DNA of 64,000 nt from Proteobacteria bacterium SG_bin5 (GTDB lineage Bacteria; Pseudomonadota; Alphaproteobacteria; Sphingomonadales; Sphingomonadaceae). Positions 37,352 through 47,881 of this stretch are shown piece after piece. The stretch is from assembly GCA_002083475.1 (NCBI GenBank), contig LWDI01000045.1, forward strand, positions 10,908 through 74,907, written 5' to 3'. The position numbers and the translations under genes were made by a program. Position 1 is the first letter of the stretch. Every line of letters begins with the position of its first letter. Under the pieces are notes generated by a model. The model was not told the origin of the DNA and did not search any database. It saw nothing but the letters and a program-made list of their open reading frames with translations.

Positions 37352-38418
37352 TCGCGCTCGACACCGCCGCCCAGCCCACGCCCGAGGATACGCTCGCGAT
37401 CGCCGCCGAAGACACGGTGCTCACGCCGCGCTTCTACACCACCGATTTCGCCGCGCTCGACCGCATCGACGTGTCGAACGTGCGCCGCGAATGGGACGCG
37501 CTGATCGCCGAGATGGAGAGCGACCCCAATAAGCGCCATTTCCGCAAGCAGGAAAAGTTCGAAGGGCTGATCGAAAGCCTGCCGATGCCGCTGCGCGCCG
37601 AATTCGTCGATTTCCTGGTGAGTTCGCTCACCGCCGAATTTTCGGGCTGCATCCTTTACGCCGAAATCGCCAAGCGAGTGAAGAACCCCGACATCAAGCA
37701 ATTGATGAAACTGATGAGCCGCGACGAGAGCCGCCATGCGGGCTTCATCAACGAAACGCTGAAGGATGCCGGGATCGGGGTGAATCTCGCCTTCCTCACC
37801 AAGACCAAGAAATATACTTATTTCCGCCCGAAGTTCATTTTTTACGCGGTCTATCTGTCCGAGAAAATCGGCTATTCGCGCTATATCACCATCTATCGCC
37901 ACCTCGCGCGCCATCCCGAGCTGCGCTTCCACCCGATTTTCGATTGGTTCGAGGAATGGTGCAATGACGAGTTTCGCCATGGCGAGGCCTTCGCGCTGTT
38001 GATGCGCAACCAGCCCGAATTGCTGCGCGGGCATAACAAATTGTGGATCAAATTCTTCCTGCTCGCCGTGTACGTCACCATGTACATCCGCGATCATGGC
38101 CGCCAGAGCTTCCACGCCGCGCTCGGCATGGAGCCGACCGATTATGACTATCGCGTCTATCGCATCTGCTCCGAAATCAGCCGCCAGGTCTTCCCGCTGA
38201 CGCTCGACATCGACGCGCCCGCTTTCCGCGCGGGCATGGAGCGGATGCGCCGGGTGAGCGAAGCGATGGACGCCGCGCGCCGCCAGGGCGGGGTGCGCGG
38301 CTGGATCAAGCACAAGGCGCTCACCCTCGCGGCGGGCTATGGCTTTCTGCGGCTGATGCTGGTGCCCGCCGAAAAGAGCGCGCTCCCCGCGAGCGTGCGG
38401 CTGCAGCCCGCCTGGTGA
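37348..38418 (+). CDS. acsF: Aerobic Mg-protoporphyrin IX monomethyl ester cyclase
   Basis: [50 protein letters not shown] diiron motifs. Confidence 0.97.
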   Translation: MIALDTAAQPTPEDTLAIAAEDTVLTPRFYTTDFAALDRIDVSNVRREWDALIAEMESDPNKRHFRKQEKFEGLIESLPMPLRAEFVDFLVSSLTAEFSGCILYAEIAKRVKNPDIKQLMKLMSRDESRHAGFINETLKDAGIGVNLAFLTKTKKYTYFRPKFIFYAVYLSEKIGYSRYITIYRHLARHPELRFHPIFDWFEEWCNDEFRHGEAFALLMRNQPELLRGHNKLWIKFFLLAVYVTMYIRDHGRQSFHAALGMEPTDYDYRVYRICSEISRQVFPLTLDIDAPAFRAGMERMRRVSEAMDAARRQGGVRGWIKHKALTLAAGYGFLRLMLVPAEKSALPASVRLQPAW

Positions 38419-39212
38419 TGAGCGTTCCCCCGCTCCTTTTCGCGCTCGCTTGCTGGTTCTTCGGAACGGCGGCGATCGTCTGGCTCGACAGCCGGCCGCG
38501 CTGGACGTGGAAATGGAGCTTCGCCGCGCTGGGTCTTGCGAGCCTTTGCGCTCTTTTCGCTATCGCAACCCTTGCTTCCAGCGCCAGTGTCGCGGCGATT
38601 TACGGCAGTTTTGGGAGCGCGATCCTGATCTGGGGCTGGCACGAACTGGGCTTTCTCACCGGGCGGGTCGCCGGCCCGCGCCGCACGCCCTGCCCGCCCG
38701 AGTTGCGCGGCTGGGCGCGGTTCCGCGCGGCGAGAGCGACCGTGATCCACCACGAAATCGCGCTCGCGCTCACCGCCTTGCTGTTGTTCGCGCTCACCTG
38801 GGGCCAGCCCAATCAGGCCGGACCGCTCGCCTTCCTGCTGCTCTTCGCGCTGCGCCTATCGGCCAAGCTCAACCTTTATCTGGGGGTGAGCAATTTGTCG
38901 GACGAGGTGTTCCCGGCGCATCTGGCGTATCTCAAAAGCTATTTCGGCGCGGCGCGGTGGAACTGGCTGTTCCCGGTGTCGCTCGCGCTCGCGGGATTCA
39001 CCAGCTGGGCGCTGTGGCGCGCGGCGGAGGCCGCGAGCGCGCCGGGGCTCGCCGCCGGCTATACGGCGCTTGCCGGATTGTGCGCGCTGGGGCTGGTCGA
39101 GCATCTGCTGCTGATGCTGCCGCTGCGCGACGCCAAACTCTGGGCCTGGGCCGCGCCCAAGCCCAAAACCCCTTTCACCGCGGCGCCCGCCGCCTCCTCC
39201 AAGCGGAGATAA
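38418..39212 (+). CDS. puhE: PuhE (DUF3623) membrane protein
   Basis: [49 protein letters not shown]. Confidence 0.9.
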   Translation: MSVPPLLFALACWFFGTAAIVWLDSRPRWTWKWSFAALGLASLCALFAIATLASSASVAAIYGSFGSAILIWGWHELGFLTGRVAGPRRTPCPPELRGWARFRAARATVIHHEIALALTALLLFALTWGQPNQAGPLAFLLLFALRLSAKLNLYLGVSNLSDEVFPAHLAYLKSYFGAARWNWLFPVSLALAGFTSWALWRAAEAASAPGLAAGYTALAGLCALGLVEHLLLMLPLRDAKLWAWAAPKPKTPFTAAPAASSKRR

Positions 39213-39216
39213 GCCG

Positions 39217-40437
39217 ATGGACTATGATCAATTTTTCGCCGACAAGCTGGGGGAGCTGAAGGCGGATGGGCGCTACCGGATTTTCGCCGAACTCGAACGC
39301 CGCGCGGGCGCTTTCCCGCGCGCGGCGCATTATCGCGAGGATGGCGTCGGCGAAGTCACCGTCTGGTGCTCGAACGATTATCTCGGCATGGGGCAGCACC
39401 CGGCGGTGACGGGCGCGATGCACGCGACGATCGACGCTTGCGGCGCGGGCGCCGGCGGCACGCGCAACATCTCGGGCACCTGCCACGCCCATGTCGAGCT
39501 CGAGCGCGAACTCGCCGATCTCCACGCCAAGGAAGCGGCGCTGCTGTTCACCTCGGGCTATGTCTCGAACTGGGCGGCGCTCTCGACCTTGGCCTCGAAA
39601 TTGCCGAACTGCGTGGTGCTCTCGGACGCTTTGAACCACGCTTCGATGATCGAGGGCATCCGCCACAGCCGCGCCGAATGCCGGCGCTTCAAGCATAATG
39701 ACGTCGCCGATCTCGACCGGCTGCTGAGCGAAGTCGAGCCCGGCCGCGCCAAGCTCGTCGCGTTCGAAAGCGTCTATTCGATGGACGGCGACATCGCCCC
39801 GATCGAGCAGATCATCGAAGTGTGCGAAAAGCATGGCGCGCTGTCGTACATCGACGAAGTCCACGCGGTCGGGCTTTACGGCCCGCGCGGCGGCGGCGTC
39901 GCGGAAGCGCGCGGGCTGATGGACCGGATCGACGTGATCGAGGGCACGCTCGGCAAGGCCTTCGGGGTGATGGGCGGTTACATCACCGGATCGGCCGCGC
40001 TCGTCGATTTCGTCCGCAGCTTCGCGAGCGGGTTCATTTTCACGACCGCGCTCCCCCCCGCCTTGGCGGCGGCGGCGACGGCGAGCATCCGGCATCTGAA
40101 AGTCAGCCAGATCGAACGCGCCCGCCACCAGGAGCGCGTCGCGACGGTGCGCCGCCGGCTCCACGCGATCGGCATCCCGACGCTCGAAAACCCCAGCCAC
40201 ATCATCCCGGTGATGGTGGGCGACGCCAAGAAGTGCAAACGCATCTCCGACTGGCTGCTCGACCATCACGGTATTTACGTGCAGCCGATCAACTATCCGA
40301 CGGTACCGGTGGGCACCGAACGGCTGCGCATCACCCCCTCGCCGGTGCATTCGGACGCCGATATCGACAGGCTGGTGACGGCGCTGAGCGAAATCTGGTC
40401 GATGTGCGAATTGGCGCGACGGGCGGAGGCGGCTTGA
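39217..40437 (+). CDS. hemA: 5-aminolevulinate synthase
   Basis: [52 protein letters not shown]. Confidence 0.96.
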   Translation: MDYDQFFADKLGELKADGRYRIFAELERRAGAFPRAAHYREDGVGEVTVWCSNDYLGMGQHPAVTGAMHATIDACGAGAGGTRNISGTCHAHVELERELADLHAKEAALLFTSGYVSNWAALSTLASKLPNCVVLSDALNHASMIEGIRHSRAECRRFKHNDVADLDRLLSEVEPGRAKLVAFESVYSMDGDIAPIEQIIEVCEKHGALSYIDEVHAVGLYGPRGGGVAEARGLMDRIDVIEGTLGKAFGVMGGYITGSAALVDFVRSFASGFIFTTALPPALAAAATASIRHLKVSQIERARHQERVATVRRRLHAIGIPTLENPSHIIPVMVGDAKKCKRISDWLLDHHGIYVQPINYPTVPVGTERLRITPSPVHSDADIDRLVTALSEIWSMCELARRAEAA

Positions 40438-40488
40438 GGTAGAGACACGCCGACGCGGTGGGGCCTTGCCCCGCCTTTCGGTGGCAGC

Positions 40489-40583
40489 ATCATGCCGGAC
40501 TTGTTGCGGCAGCCACGGTTGCGCCTAGCGTTACGTCGGTAGGTCAAGCCCGACGGTGGACGCCCGAACAAGTCCGGCGTGAC
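40489..40583. repeat. Palindromic REP-like element (tcatgccggacttgtt...aacaagtccggcgtga)
   Basis: Imperfect terminal inverted repeat of about 16 bp in the hemA-alaS convergent gap. Confidence 0.7.
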
Positions 40584-40624
40584 GGCAAGGCCTTATTTCC
40601 CCGAAGGCGTGATCTCCTCAAATC

Positions 40625-40707
40625 ACGTCGCCCCGTGCTTGACACGGGGCCGGGCTGCCTTGCGGCCGGGGAAGAAGCCAAGCCCCGCATCAAGTGCGGG
40701 GCGACGT
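40625..40707. repeat. Palindromic REP-like element, family A (inverted copy of 10720-10802)
   Basis: acgtcgccccgtgcttgacacgggg...ccccgcatcaagtgcggggcgacgt. Confidence 0.85.
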
Positions 40708-40714
40708 CAAGCTG

Positions 40715-43366
40715 CTAAGCTGCCCCCCCCAACACCGCCCGCACCGCCGCCACCGCGTCGGCCGCCATGTCGCCCTCCGGCCCGCCGCCCTGCGCCATGT
40801 CGGGCCGCCCGCCGCCGCCCTGGCCGCCGAGCGCCGTGACCGCCGCCTTGAGCAAGGTCACCGCGTTGTGCGTCGCCGTCAGATCCTCGGTCACGCCGAC
40901 CGCGACCGAGGCGCGGCCCTCGTTCACCGCGACGATCAGCGCGACGCCCGAGCCGAGCCGCGCCTTCATCTCGTCGACCGCGCCGCGCAGGCCCTTGGGA
41001 TCGAGCCCCTCGACGACTTGCCCCAAGAACGCCACGCCGCCCACGCTCTCCGGCCCCGCCGGCGCCGCGCCCGCGCCGCCCCCCAAAGCGAGCGCCTTTT
41101 TCGCCTCGGCGAGTTCGCGCTCCAACCGCCGCCGCTCCTCGACCAGAGCGGCGACGCGCGCGGGCACTTCGTCGGGCGCGGCCTTGAGCACGGCGGCGGC
41201 CTCGCGCAATTTCTCGTCACGCGCGGCGAACCAGCGCCGCGCGGCCTCGCCGGTCAGCGCCTCGATCCGGCGCACGCCCGAGGAGACGGCGCTTTCGCCG
41301 ATTACCTTGAACAACCCGATCTCGCCCAAAGCGCGGACATGCGTGCCGCCGCAGAGTTCGAGCGAATAGGTCCGCCCGTCCTCCCGCGCCCCCATCGAGA
41401 CGACGCGCACCTCGTCGCCATATTTCTCGCCGAACAGCGCCATCGCCCCTTCCGCGATCGCTTCCTCGGGCGTCATCAGCCGCGTCTCGACCGCGCCATT
41501 GGCCCGGATATGCGCGTTGACGTCGGCCTCCACCTCGGCGAGCCGCGCCGCTTCCACCGCGACGGGCTGCGAAAAGTCGAAGCGCAGCCGATCGGGGGCG
41601 ACCAAGCTGCCCTTTTGCGCGACATGCGGCCCGAGCCGCTCGCGCAACGCCTCGTGCAGCAAATGCGTCGCCGAGTGGTTCGCGCGCAAGCCGCCGCGCC
41701 GCGCGCCATCGACCATCAGATGCAGCGCATCGCCGACCGCGATCGCACCCTGCTCGATCGCGACACGGTGCGCGAAGACGCGGCCGAGATATTTTTGCGT
41801 ATCCTCGACCAAGCCCGCCGCGCCATCGCCGACCACGCGGCCGGTATCGCCCATCTGCCCGCCACTCTCGGCATAGAAGGGCGTCTGGTTGAGCACCAGT
41901 TCGACCGTCTCGCCCGCCGCGGCGCGCTCGACCCGGGCGCCGTCCTTGACGATCGCGAGCACGGCGCCTTCGCCCTCTTCGGCGGCATAGCCGATGAACT
42001 CCGTGCCGCCGAAGCTTTCGGCGATGTCGAACCACACCTCGTCCGAGGCGCGCGCGCCCGATCCCTTCCAGGCGGCGCGCGCCAGGCGGCGCTGCTCGGC
42101 CATCGCCGCGTCGAAACCGGCGCGATCGACCGCGAAGCCTTGCGCGCGCAAGGCATCCTCGGTCAGATCATAAGGAAAGCCATAAGTGTCGTAGAGTTTG
42201 AACGCGGTTTCGCCCGGCAACGTGCCGCCCGCGCCGAGCCCGGCGGTGGCTTCGTCGAGCAGCTTCAGCCCCTTGTCGAGCGTCTGGCGGAAGCGGCTTT
42301 CCTCATGCTCGAGCGTCGCCTCGATCAGCGGCTGCGCGCGGACGAGTTCGGGATAGGCCGCGCCCATTTCCGCGACCAGCGCGGGCACCAGCCGGTGCAT
42401 CAGCGGCGCCTTGGCGCCGAGCAGATGCGCGTGGCGCATCGCGCGGCGCATGATGCGGCGCAGCACATAGCCGCGCCCCTCGTTCGCCGGCAGCACCCCG
42501 TCCGCCACCAGAAACCCCGCCGAGCGCAGATGATCGGCGATCACCCGGTGGCTCGCTCGCGCCGCCCCGCTCGCAGGCGCGCCGGTGAGCGCGGTGGAAG
42601 CGGCGATCAGTGCCTTGAAGGTGTCGGTATCATAATTGTCGTGAACGCCCTGGAGCACGGCGGCGACGCGCTCGATCCCCATGCCGGTGTCGATCGATTT
42701 CTTAGGGAGCTCGCCGACGATCTCGTTCGCCGCTTGCTCGAACTGCATGAACACCAGGTTCCAGATTTCGACGAAGCGGTCGCCATCTTCATCGGGCGAT
42801 CCGGGCGGGCCGCCGGGGATATGGGCGCCGTGATCGTAGAAGATCTCGGAACAGGGGCCGCAGGGGCCGTTATCGCCCATCGCCCAGAAATTATCCTTGG
42901 TGGCGATGCGGATGATCCGATCGTCGGGCAATCCGGCGATCTTGCGCCACAGGTCGAACGCCTCGTCGTCGGTGTGATAGACGGTGACGACCAGCCGGTC
43001 GGCGGCGATCCCCCATTCGCGGGTGATGAGCCCCCAGGCGAGCTCGATCGCGCGTTCCTTGAAATAATCGCCGAAGGAAAAATTCCCCAGCATTTCGAAG
43101 AACGTATGGTGGCGCGCGGTATAGCCGACATTGTCGAGATCATTATGCTTGCCGCCAGCGCGGACGCATTTCTGCGCGCTGGTCGCGGTGACATAGGGCC
43201 GCGTCTCGAGACCGGTGAAGACGTTCTTGAACGGCACCATGCCGGCGTTCACGAACATCAGCGTCGGGTCGTTCTGCGGCACCAGCGGCGCCGAGGGGAC
43301 GCGCGCATGGCCCTCGCGGCCGAAATAATCGAGGAAGGAGCGGCGAATGTCGTTGGTCGAGATCAT
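40715..43366 (-). CDS. alaS: Alanine-tRNA ligase
   Basis: [64 protein letters not shown]. Confidence 0.98.
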   Translation of the reverse strand: MISTNDIRRSFLDYFGREGHARVPSAPLVPQNDPTLMFVNAGMVPFKNVFTGLETRPYVTATSAQKCVRAGGKHNDLDNVGYTARHHTFFEMLGNFSFGDYFKERAIELAWGLITREWGIAADRLVVTVYHTDDEAFDLWRKIAGLPDDRIIRIATKDNFWAMGDNGPCGPCSEIFYDHGAHIPGGPPGSPDEDGDRFVEIWNLVFMQFEQAANEIVGELPKKSIDTGMGIERVAAVLQGVHDNYDTDTFKALIAASTALTGAPASGAARASHRVIADHLRSAGFLVADGVLPANEGRGYVLRRIMRRAMRHAHLLGAKAPLMHRLVPALVAEMGAAYPELVRAQPLIEATLEHEESRFRQTLDKGLKLLDEATAGLGAGGTLPGETAFKLYDTYGFPYDLTEDALRAQGFAVDRAGFDAAMAEQRRLARAAWKGSGARASDEVWFDIAESFGGTEFIGYAAEEGEGAVLAIVKDGARVERAAAGETVELVLNQTPFYAESGGQMGDTGRVVGDGAAGLVEDTQKYLGRVFAHRVAIEQGAIAVGDALHLMVDGARRGGLRANHSATHLLHEALRERLGPHVAQKGSLVAPDRLRFDFSQPVAVEAARLAEVEADVNAHIRANGAVETRLMTPEEAIAEGAMALFGEKYGDEVRVVSMGAREDGRTYSLELCGGTHVRALGEIGLFKVIGESAVSSGVRRIEALTGEAARRWFAARDEKLREAAAVLKAAPDEVPARVAALVEERRRLERELAEAKKALALGGGAGAAPAGPESVGGVAFLGQVVEGLDPKGLRGAVDEMKARLGSGVALIVAVNEGRASVAVGVTEDLTATHNAVTLLKAAVTALGGQGGGGRPDMAQGGGPEGDMAADAVAAVRAVLGGAA

Positions 43367-43420
43367 GCGCCCCGTCTAAGCGGGGCGCGCGGCGCGCTCA
43401 AGCGAAAGAGGGGCGAACGC

Positions 43421-43879
43421 CTAGGCTTGAGTCGCCAGCCAGCGCTGCTCGGCATGGAGCAGATCGTGAAGCGCCCCCTGCGCCGCGCGCGATTCGCGGG
43501 CATAGCCGGTCCAATCGCCGGCGATCCGCCCCGGCGTCCAGCGGCAAATATCCTCGCGCAGCCGCTCGTCGACCGGGCGGCGCAGCGCGAGTAAGGCGAG
43601 CGCCTGGGGGCGGGTGAGAAAGGGATCGAGCCGCTCGCGCCGCGCGCATTCGGCGCGCTGCACCTTCAGCCGCGTTTTGACGAGCGCGCACATCATCGGC
43701 ACCTCGGCGCGAGTCAGCCGCCCCAGCTCGTCGAGCGCGGCGAGCACCGGCAGCGCCGCCAGCCGCTGCCGATCGCGCAACTCGGCATGGGTCACACGAG
43801 CCGCCGCGCCGCCCCATTGCTCGCCGGCTCCTAGCTCGACCGCCCCTAGCTCGACAGATTGTAGCGCCAATTTCGCCAT
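43421..43879 (-). CDS. Hypothetical helical protein (152 aa)
   Basis: GGAAGGGG RBS; fills the gap between the peptidase and alaS; WT..RI.GDW.GY..ES motif. Confidence 0.6.
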   Translation of the reverse strand: MAKLALQSVELGAVELGAGEQWGGAAARVTHAELRDRQRLAALPVLAALDELGRLTRAEVPMMCALVKTRLKVQRAECARRERLDPFLTRPQALALLALRRPVDERLREDICRWTPGRIAGDWTGYARESRAAQGALHDLLHAEQRWLATQA

Positions 43880-43965
43880 GTCGCCCCTTCCCTAGCGCCG
43901 GGCGATACCAGGGCGATGGGTAGCGAAACCTTGCCTAACCCCCTCGTATAATTGCGATCTAGGGT

Positions 43966-45213
43966 TTATCCCAAGGGCGCGTCCAGGCTCCGCGGCGGGG
44001 TGCTGAACCAGCGCGGGCCGGCCTCGGTCATGTAGAAACAATCCTCGAGCCGCACCCCGAACTTGCCCGGCAGATACAGCCCCGGCTCGTTGGAGAAGCA
44101 CATGCCGGGGGCGAGCCGCGTCGTCTCGCCGCGCACCAGATTGACCGGCTCGTGCCCGTCGAGCCCGATGCCATGGCCGGTGCGGTGCGACAGGCCGGGC
44201 AGGCGATAATCGGGGCCATAGCCCCAGGCGGCGTAGCGGCGCCGCACCGCGTCGTCGACCGACCCCGCCTCGGCGCCCAGCCGCGCGGCGGCGAGCGCGA
44301 TTTGCTGCCCCTCGCGCACCTGGTCCCACACCCGGCGCTGCTCGGCGCTCGCGGTCCCGAACACCAAGGTGCGCGAAACGTCCGACTGATAGCCCTGCAC
44401 CGAGCAACCGCAGTCCATCAGCACCACCTCGCCCGGTGCCACGCGCTGCGGCGCGCGGCTGCCATGGGGGAGCGCCGAGGCCGCGCCGACCAGCACCAGC
44501 GCGAATTCGGGGCTGCCGCCGAGCCGGGCGGTCGCCGCGTTCATCATCGCGGCGATGTCGGCGGGGGTCATTCCCGCCTCGATCCGCGGCACGGTGAAGC
44601 GATAGGCGGCGATGGTGACGTCGGTCGCCTTTTGCATCAATGCGATTTCGGCCGTGCTCTTGATCATCCGGCAGCCGCGCACGATCGGGTTGGCCGAGAC
44701 GAGCCGCGCTCCGGTCGCGCGCGCGAGCCCGTCGCTCGCGAAATAGCGCGCGCTCTCCTCGATGCCGATCGTGCGCGCGGGGAGTTTACGGTCCTTCAAA
44801 AAGCCCGCGATCGCGGCGAACGGGGTTTCGTCCTCCTGCCACACGCGCAACTCGGCGGGCACGGCGAGCGTTTGGCGGACCGAGGGCTCCTCGAAAAAGG
44901 GGGTGACGATCAGCAGCGGCCCCTCGGCCGGGATTAGCGCCGCCGTCAGCCGCTCGCTGCGATGCCATTCGACGCCGGTGAAATAGACGAGGCTCGCGCC
45001 GGGCTCGATCAGCACCGCGTCGATGCCATGCGCCTTCATCAGCGCGCGCGCCGCCGCGAGCCGCGCCGTGCGTTCCTCGGCGTCGATCGGGCGGACGTCG
45101 CCGGTCAGCGGCCGCAGCGCGGCGAGATCGGGCGCGGCCGCGCGCGCCGCCCCGGTCACCAGCCCGGCCATGCCGAGCAGCCCAAGCCCCATCATTCGCC
45201 GCCGATCGATCAT
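43966..45213 (-). CDS. Xaa-Pro dipeptidase/aminopeptidase (M24), probable Tat substrate
   Basis: MIDRRRMMG..AARA twin-Arg signal; PHG, MDCG, YQSDVSRT, HRTGHGIGLDGHE, SNEPGLY, GVRLED. Confidence 0.92.
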   Translation of the reverse strand: MIDRRRMMGLGLLGMAGLVTGAARAAAPDLAALRPLTGDVRPIDAEERTARLAAARALMKAHGIDAVLIEPGASLVYFTGVEWHRSERLTAALIPAEGPLLIVTPFFEEPSVRQTLAVPAELRVWQEDETPFAAIAGFLKDRKLPARTIGIEESARYFASDGLARATGARLVSANPIVRGCRMIKSTAEIALMQKATDVTIAAYRFTVPRIEAGMTPADIAAMMNAATARLGGSPEFALVLVGAASALPHGSRAPQRVAPGEVVLMDCGCSVQGYQSDVSRTLVFGTASAEQRRVWDQVREGQQIALAAARLGAEAGSVDDAVRRRYAAWGYGPDYRLPGLSHRTGHGIGLDGHEPVNLVRGETTRLAPGMCFSNEPGLYLPGKFGVRLEDCFYMTEAGPRWFSTPPRSLDAPLG

Positions 45214-45280
45214 CTTGCCTCCGTCCCGCTTATCGATAGGACGAGGCCCGGGGCCGGAGCAAGCTGAACAGGATCAAGCC

Positions 45281-46537
45281 ATGGGCAATCGATTGACCTT
45301 CTATATCGTGATCGCGCTGGTGATCGGCTTGCTCACCGGCTGGGCGATGCACGAGGCGATCAAGGCGAGCGCCCCCGCCACCGCCACCGTGCTGAAGGAC
45401 GCGACCCAGATCTTCCCGATCATCACCACGATTTTCCTGCGGCTGATCAAGATGATCATCGCGCCGCTCGTGTTTTCGACGCTGATCGTCGGCATCGCGC
45501 ATATGGGCGATAGTTCGGCGCTGGGGCGCGTCGGCTTGCGCGCGCTCGCTTGGTTCATCGGCGCGAGCCTGGTGTCGCTGAGCCTCGGGCTGGTGCTCGT
45601 GCATCTGCTCCAGCCCGGCGCCGGGCTCGCGCTCGCGCTGCCGCCGGCGAGCGAGGCGAGCGGGGTCGATAAGGCCGCGTTCAACCTCAAGGATTTCGTG
45701 ACGCACATCGTCCCCGCCTCGATCGTCGAGGCGCTGGCGAAGAACGAGATCATCCAGATCGTCGTCTTCTCCGTCTTCGCGGGCGTCGCGATCACGTCGC
45801 TGGGCGAACGCGCGGCGCCCTTGGTGCGCGGGGCCGAGGCGCTCGCCGATGTGATGCTCAAGGTCACCAATTACGTGATGGCGCTCGCGCCCTTGGCGGT
45901 GTTCGCCGCGGTCGCCAACAGCCTCGCCGAGCGCGGGCCCGAGGTGATCGGCAAGCTCGGCTATTTCATGCTGAGCTTCTATCTCGCGCTGATGCTGCTG
46001 TGGACGGTGCTGATCGCGGTCGGCGGGTTGTTCCTGGGATCGCGGGTGGTGCCGCTGGTGCGCGCGATCCGGGCGCCGCTGCTGCTCGCCTTCTCCACCG
46101 CCTCGTCCGAGGCGGCCTATCCCAAGACGCTCGAGGCGCTGGAGAAATATGGCGTGCCGCCGCGCATCGCGAGCTTCATGCTGCCGCTCGGCTATTCGTT
46201 CAACCTCGATGGTTCGATGATGTACATGACCTTCGCGTCGCTGTTCATCGCCCAAGCCTATGGCATTCCGCTGACCTTGGGCGCGCAGATCACGATGCTG
46301 CTGGTGCTGATGGTCACCTCGAAGGGGATCGCGGGCGTGCCGCGCGCGAGCCTGGTGGTGGTGGCGGCGACGCTGCCCTTGTTCGGCATTCCCGAGGGCG
46401 GGCTGCTGCTGATCCTGGCGGTCGACCAGTTTCTCGACATGGGCCGCTCGGCGACCAACGTGGTGGGGAACGCGGTAGCGACGGCGGTGATCGCGCGCTG
46501 GGAGGGCGGGCGCGCGGTGGAACGCGTGGCGGGTTAG
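45281..46537 (+). CDS. Dicarboxylate/amino acid:cation symporter (DAACS, GltP/DctA-like)
   Basis: FLRLIKMIIAPLVF, AFSTASSEAAYP, PLGYSFNLDG, TSKGIAGVP, DMGRSATNVVGNA. Confidence 0.93.
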   Translation: MGNRLTFYIVIALVIGLLTGWAMHEAIKASAPATATVLKDATQIFPIITTIFLRLIKMIIAPLVFSTLIVGIAHMGDSSALGRVGLRALAWFIGASLVSLSLGLVLVHLLQPGAGLALALPPASEASGVDKAAFNLKDFVTHIVPASIVEALAKNEIIQIVVFSVFAGVAITSLGERAAPLVRGAEALADVMLKVTNYVMALAPLAVFAAVANSLAERGPEVIGKLGYFMLSFYLALMLLWTVLIAVGGLFLGSRVVPLVRAIRAPLLLAFSTASSEAAYPKTLEALEKYGVPPRIASFMLPLGYSFNLDGSMMYMTFASLFIAQAYGIPLTLGAQITMLLVLMVTSKGIAGVPRASLVVVAATLPLFGIPEGGLLLILAVDQFLDMGRSATNVVGNAVATAVIARWEGGRAVERVAG

Positions 46538-46554
46538 TGCAGGTGAAGGTACGT

Positions 46555-46692
46555 TAGAGTCCGTTCGAATGAAATGGAATCGGTTCGCCCCGAGCAACGT
46601 CGAAGGGCGCGATGCCGGGGAGGTGCGCCTGTAGCACGCGCCTCGACTTCGCGCGGCACGAACGGCGTTCTATTTGAATAGAACAAACTCTA
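46555..46692. mobile_element. MITE-like element 1 (about 25-bp imperfect TIRs starting TAGAG) containing a family C repeat
   Basis: Left tagagtccgttcgaatgaaatggaa; reverse complement of the right end tagagtttgttctattcaaatagaa. Confidence 0.65.
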
Positions 46693-46952
46693 GAGCTGTT
46701 TGCGATCACACCGGTTCGCTCCTCCCCTGTAAGAGGAGGTGGCAGCCGCGTGAGCGGCTGACGGAGGGGTGTCCCCGGCAGATAGAGGGGGATACCCCTC
46801 CACCATTCGCTACGCGAATGGTCCCCAGTTCAGGGTCGGATCGTCCCCCGGACGATCCTTGACCGTGCGGGGCAGGGTCAACCCTGAACTCCTCTCAGGG
46901 GAGGAGCTTTTTCCGTCGAGCCATTGGTTCGGTGCGATCGCAAACAGCTCTA
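46691..46952. mobile_element. MITE-like element 2 (TIR tagagctgtttgcgatc(a/g)caccg) containing a family D repeat (46718-46907) with an inner insert (46827-46890)
   Basis: 23-bp TIRs with one mismatch, in a CTAG context at both ends; shares a TA with element 1. Confidence 0.8.
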
Positions 46953-46966
46953 GTCTAGAATAATGA

Positions 46967-47069
46967 CCGTTCTTGCTGAGCTTGTCGAAGCACTGCTCTT
47001 CTTGCCGATGATCGCAATAGGGCCGGCCGTTGCCCCGCCCTTCGGGTCGACTAGCTTGGGGGCGAACGA
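46967..47069. repeat. Degenerate family C palindromic element
   Basis: ccgttcttgctgagcttgtcgaagca matches the reverse complement of the 16846-16871 end. Confidence 0.65.
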
Positions 47070-47092
47070 AACCAATCTCGATAGGGCAGACC

Positions 47093-47881
47093 CTAAAACA
47101 ACTCGTCGAGCAGCAAATGCGCCTCGATCCGCTTCGAATCGGGCGCCTCGCCATAAGTCTCGAACAATAGCGCGCCCAATCCCGCGTCGAACTCGCTCAA
47201 GCAATTGAGCAGGATCGCCAAATCCTGATAGCGATCGGCGACGCCCAATCGGCCGAGATCGATCACCCCGGTCACCGCGCCGCTTTCATCGAGGAAAATA
47301 TTGTCGAGCGAATAGTCGCCATGCGTCACCACGCGCTCGGCTTCGATCGGGAGGAGCGACTGGAGCGCCGCCCACACCCGTTCCGCGCTCCAGCCGGCGC
47401 GGGCATCGTCGAACTCGTCCTCGGCGACGCGGCCCGTGTCGATATTCGCGCGCGCCGCGACGAGCCGCACCGGAAGCGACGCGTCGAACGGGCAGCTCGC
47501 CACGGGCAGCGCGTGCAGCCGGCGCAGGAAAAGCGCCATGCCCGCGACCGCCTCGGCCCGGCGCGCGGGATTCTCCTGGAGCCAGCGATAAGCGGCGGTC
47601 CCGGCCAAGCTTTCGCTCAGCAGCCAAGCCGCGCCCTCTTCCTCGGTGAAGGCGACCAAGCGCGGCGCCGGCAGCCGGCCCTGGAGCCAGCGCAGCCGCG
47701 CATATTCATCGGCGATGTCGGCGGCGACCAGCCCCGTGCCTTGCTTGAGGTACAGCGCGGGACGGCCGGGCGCGTCGAGCCGGTGGATGACGCCGCCCGA
47801 TTGGCCGATCGCGTCGCGGCTAGCGGAATAGCCCTTGATCGCCGCCGCCAGCCCCCGGGGGAGCGGCGCGGGGAAGCTCAC
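47093..47881 (-). CDS. Aminoglycoside 3'-phosphotransferase-like kinase
   Basis: GQSG, LYLK, EYARLRWL, FLRRLHALP...CPF, THGDYSLDNIF, IDLGRLGVADRYQDLAIL, terminal LLDELF; GTGA overlap with the Leu dehydrogenase stop. Confidence 0.88.
   Translation of the reverse strand: MSFPAPLPRGLAAAIKGYSASRDAIGQSGGVIHRLDAPGRPALYLKQGTGLVAADIADEYARLRWLQGRLPAPRLVAFTEEEGAAWLLSESLAGTAAYRWLQENPARRAEAVAGMALFLRRLHALPVASCPFDASLPVRLVAARANIDTGRVAEDEFDDARAGWSAERVWAALQSLLPIEAERVVTHGDYSLDNIFLDESGAVTGVIDLGRLGVADRYQDLAILLNCLSEFDAGLGALLFETYGEAPDSKRIEAHLLLDELF

Noticed and set aside
46555..47069. Possible CRISPR array in the repeat-dense intergenic region
   Set aside because: Repeats are inverted, nested and of different families; there are no regularly spaced identical direct repeats and no cas genes.
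46674..47208. Small ORFs in the symporter-aph gap and similar ones at 16662-16865 and 40293-40839
   Set aside because: They are translations of palindromic repeats, with no RBS or coupling evidence.
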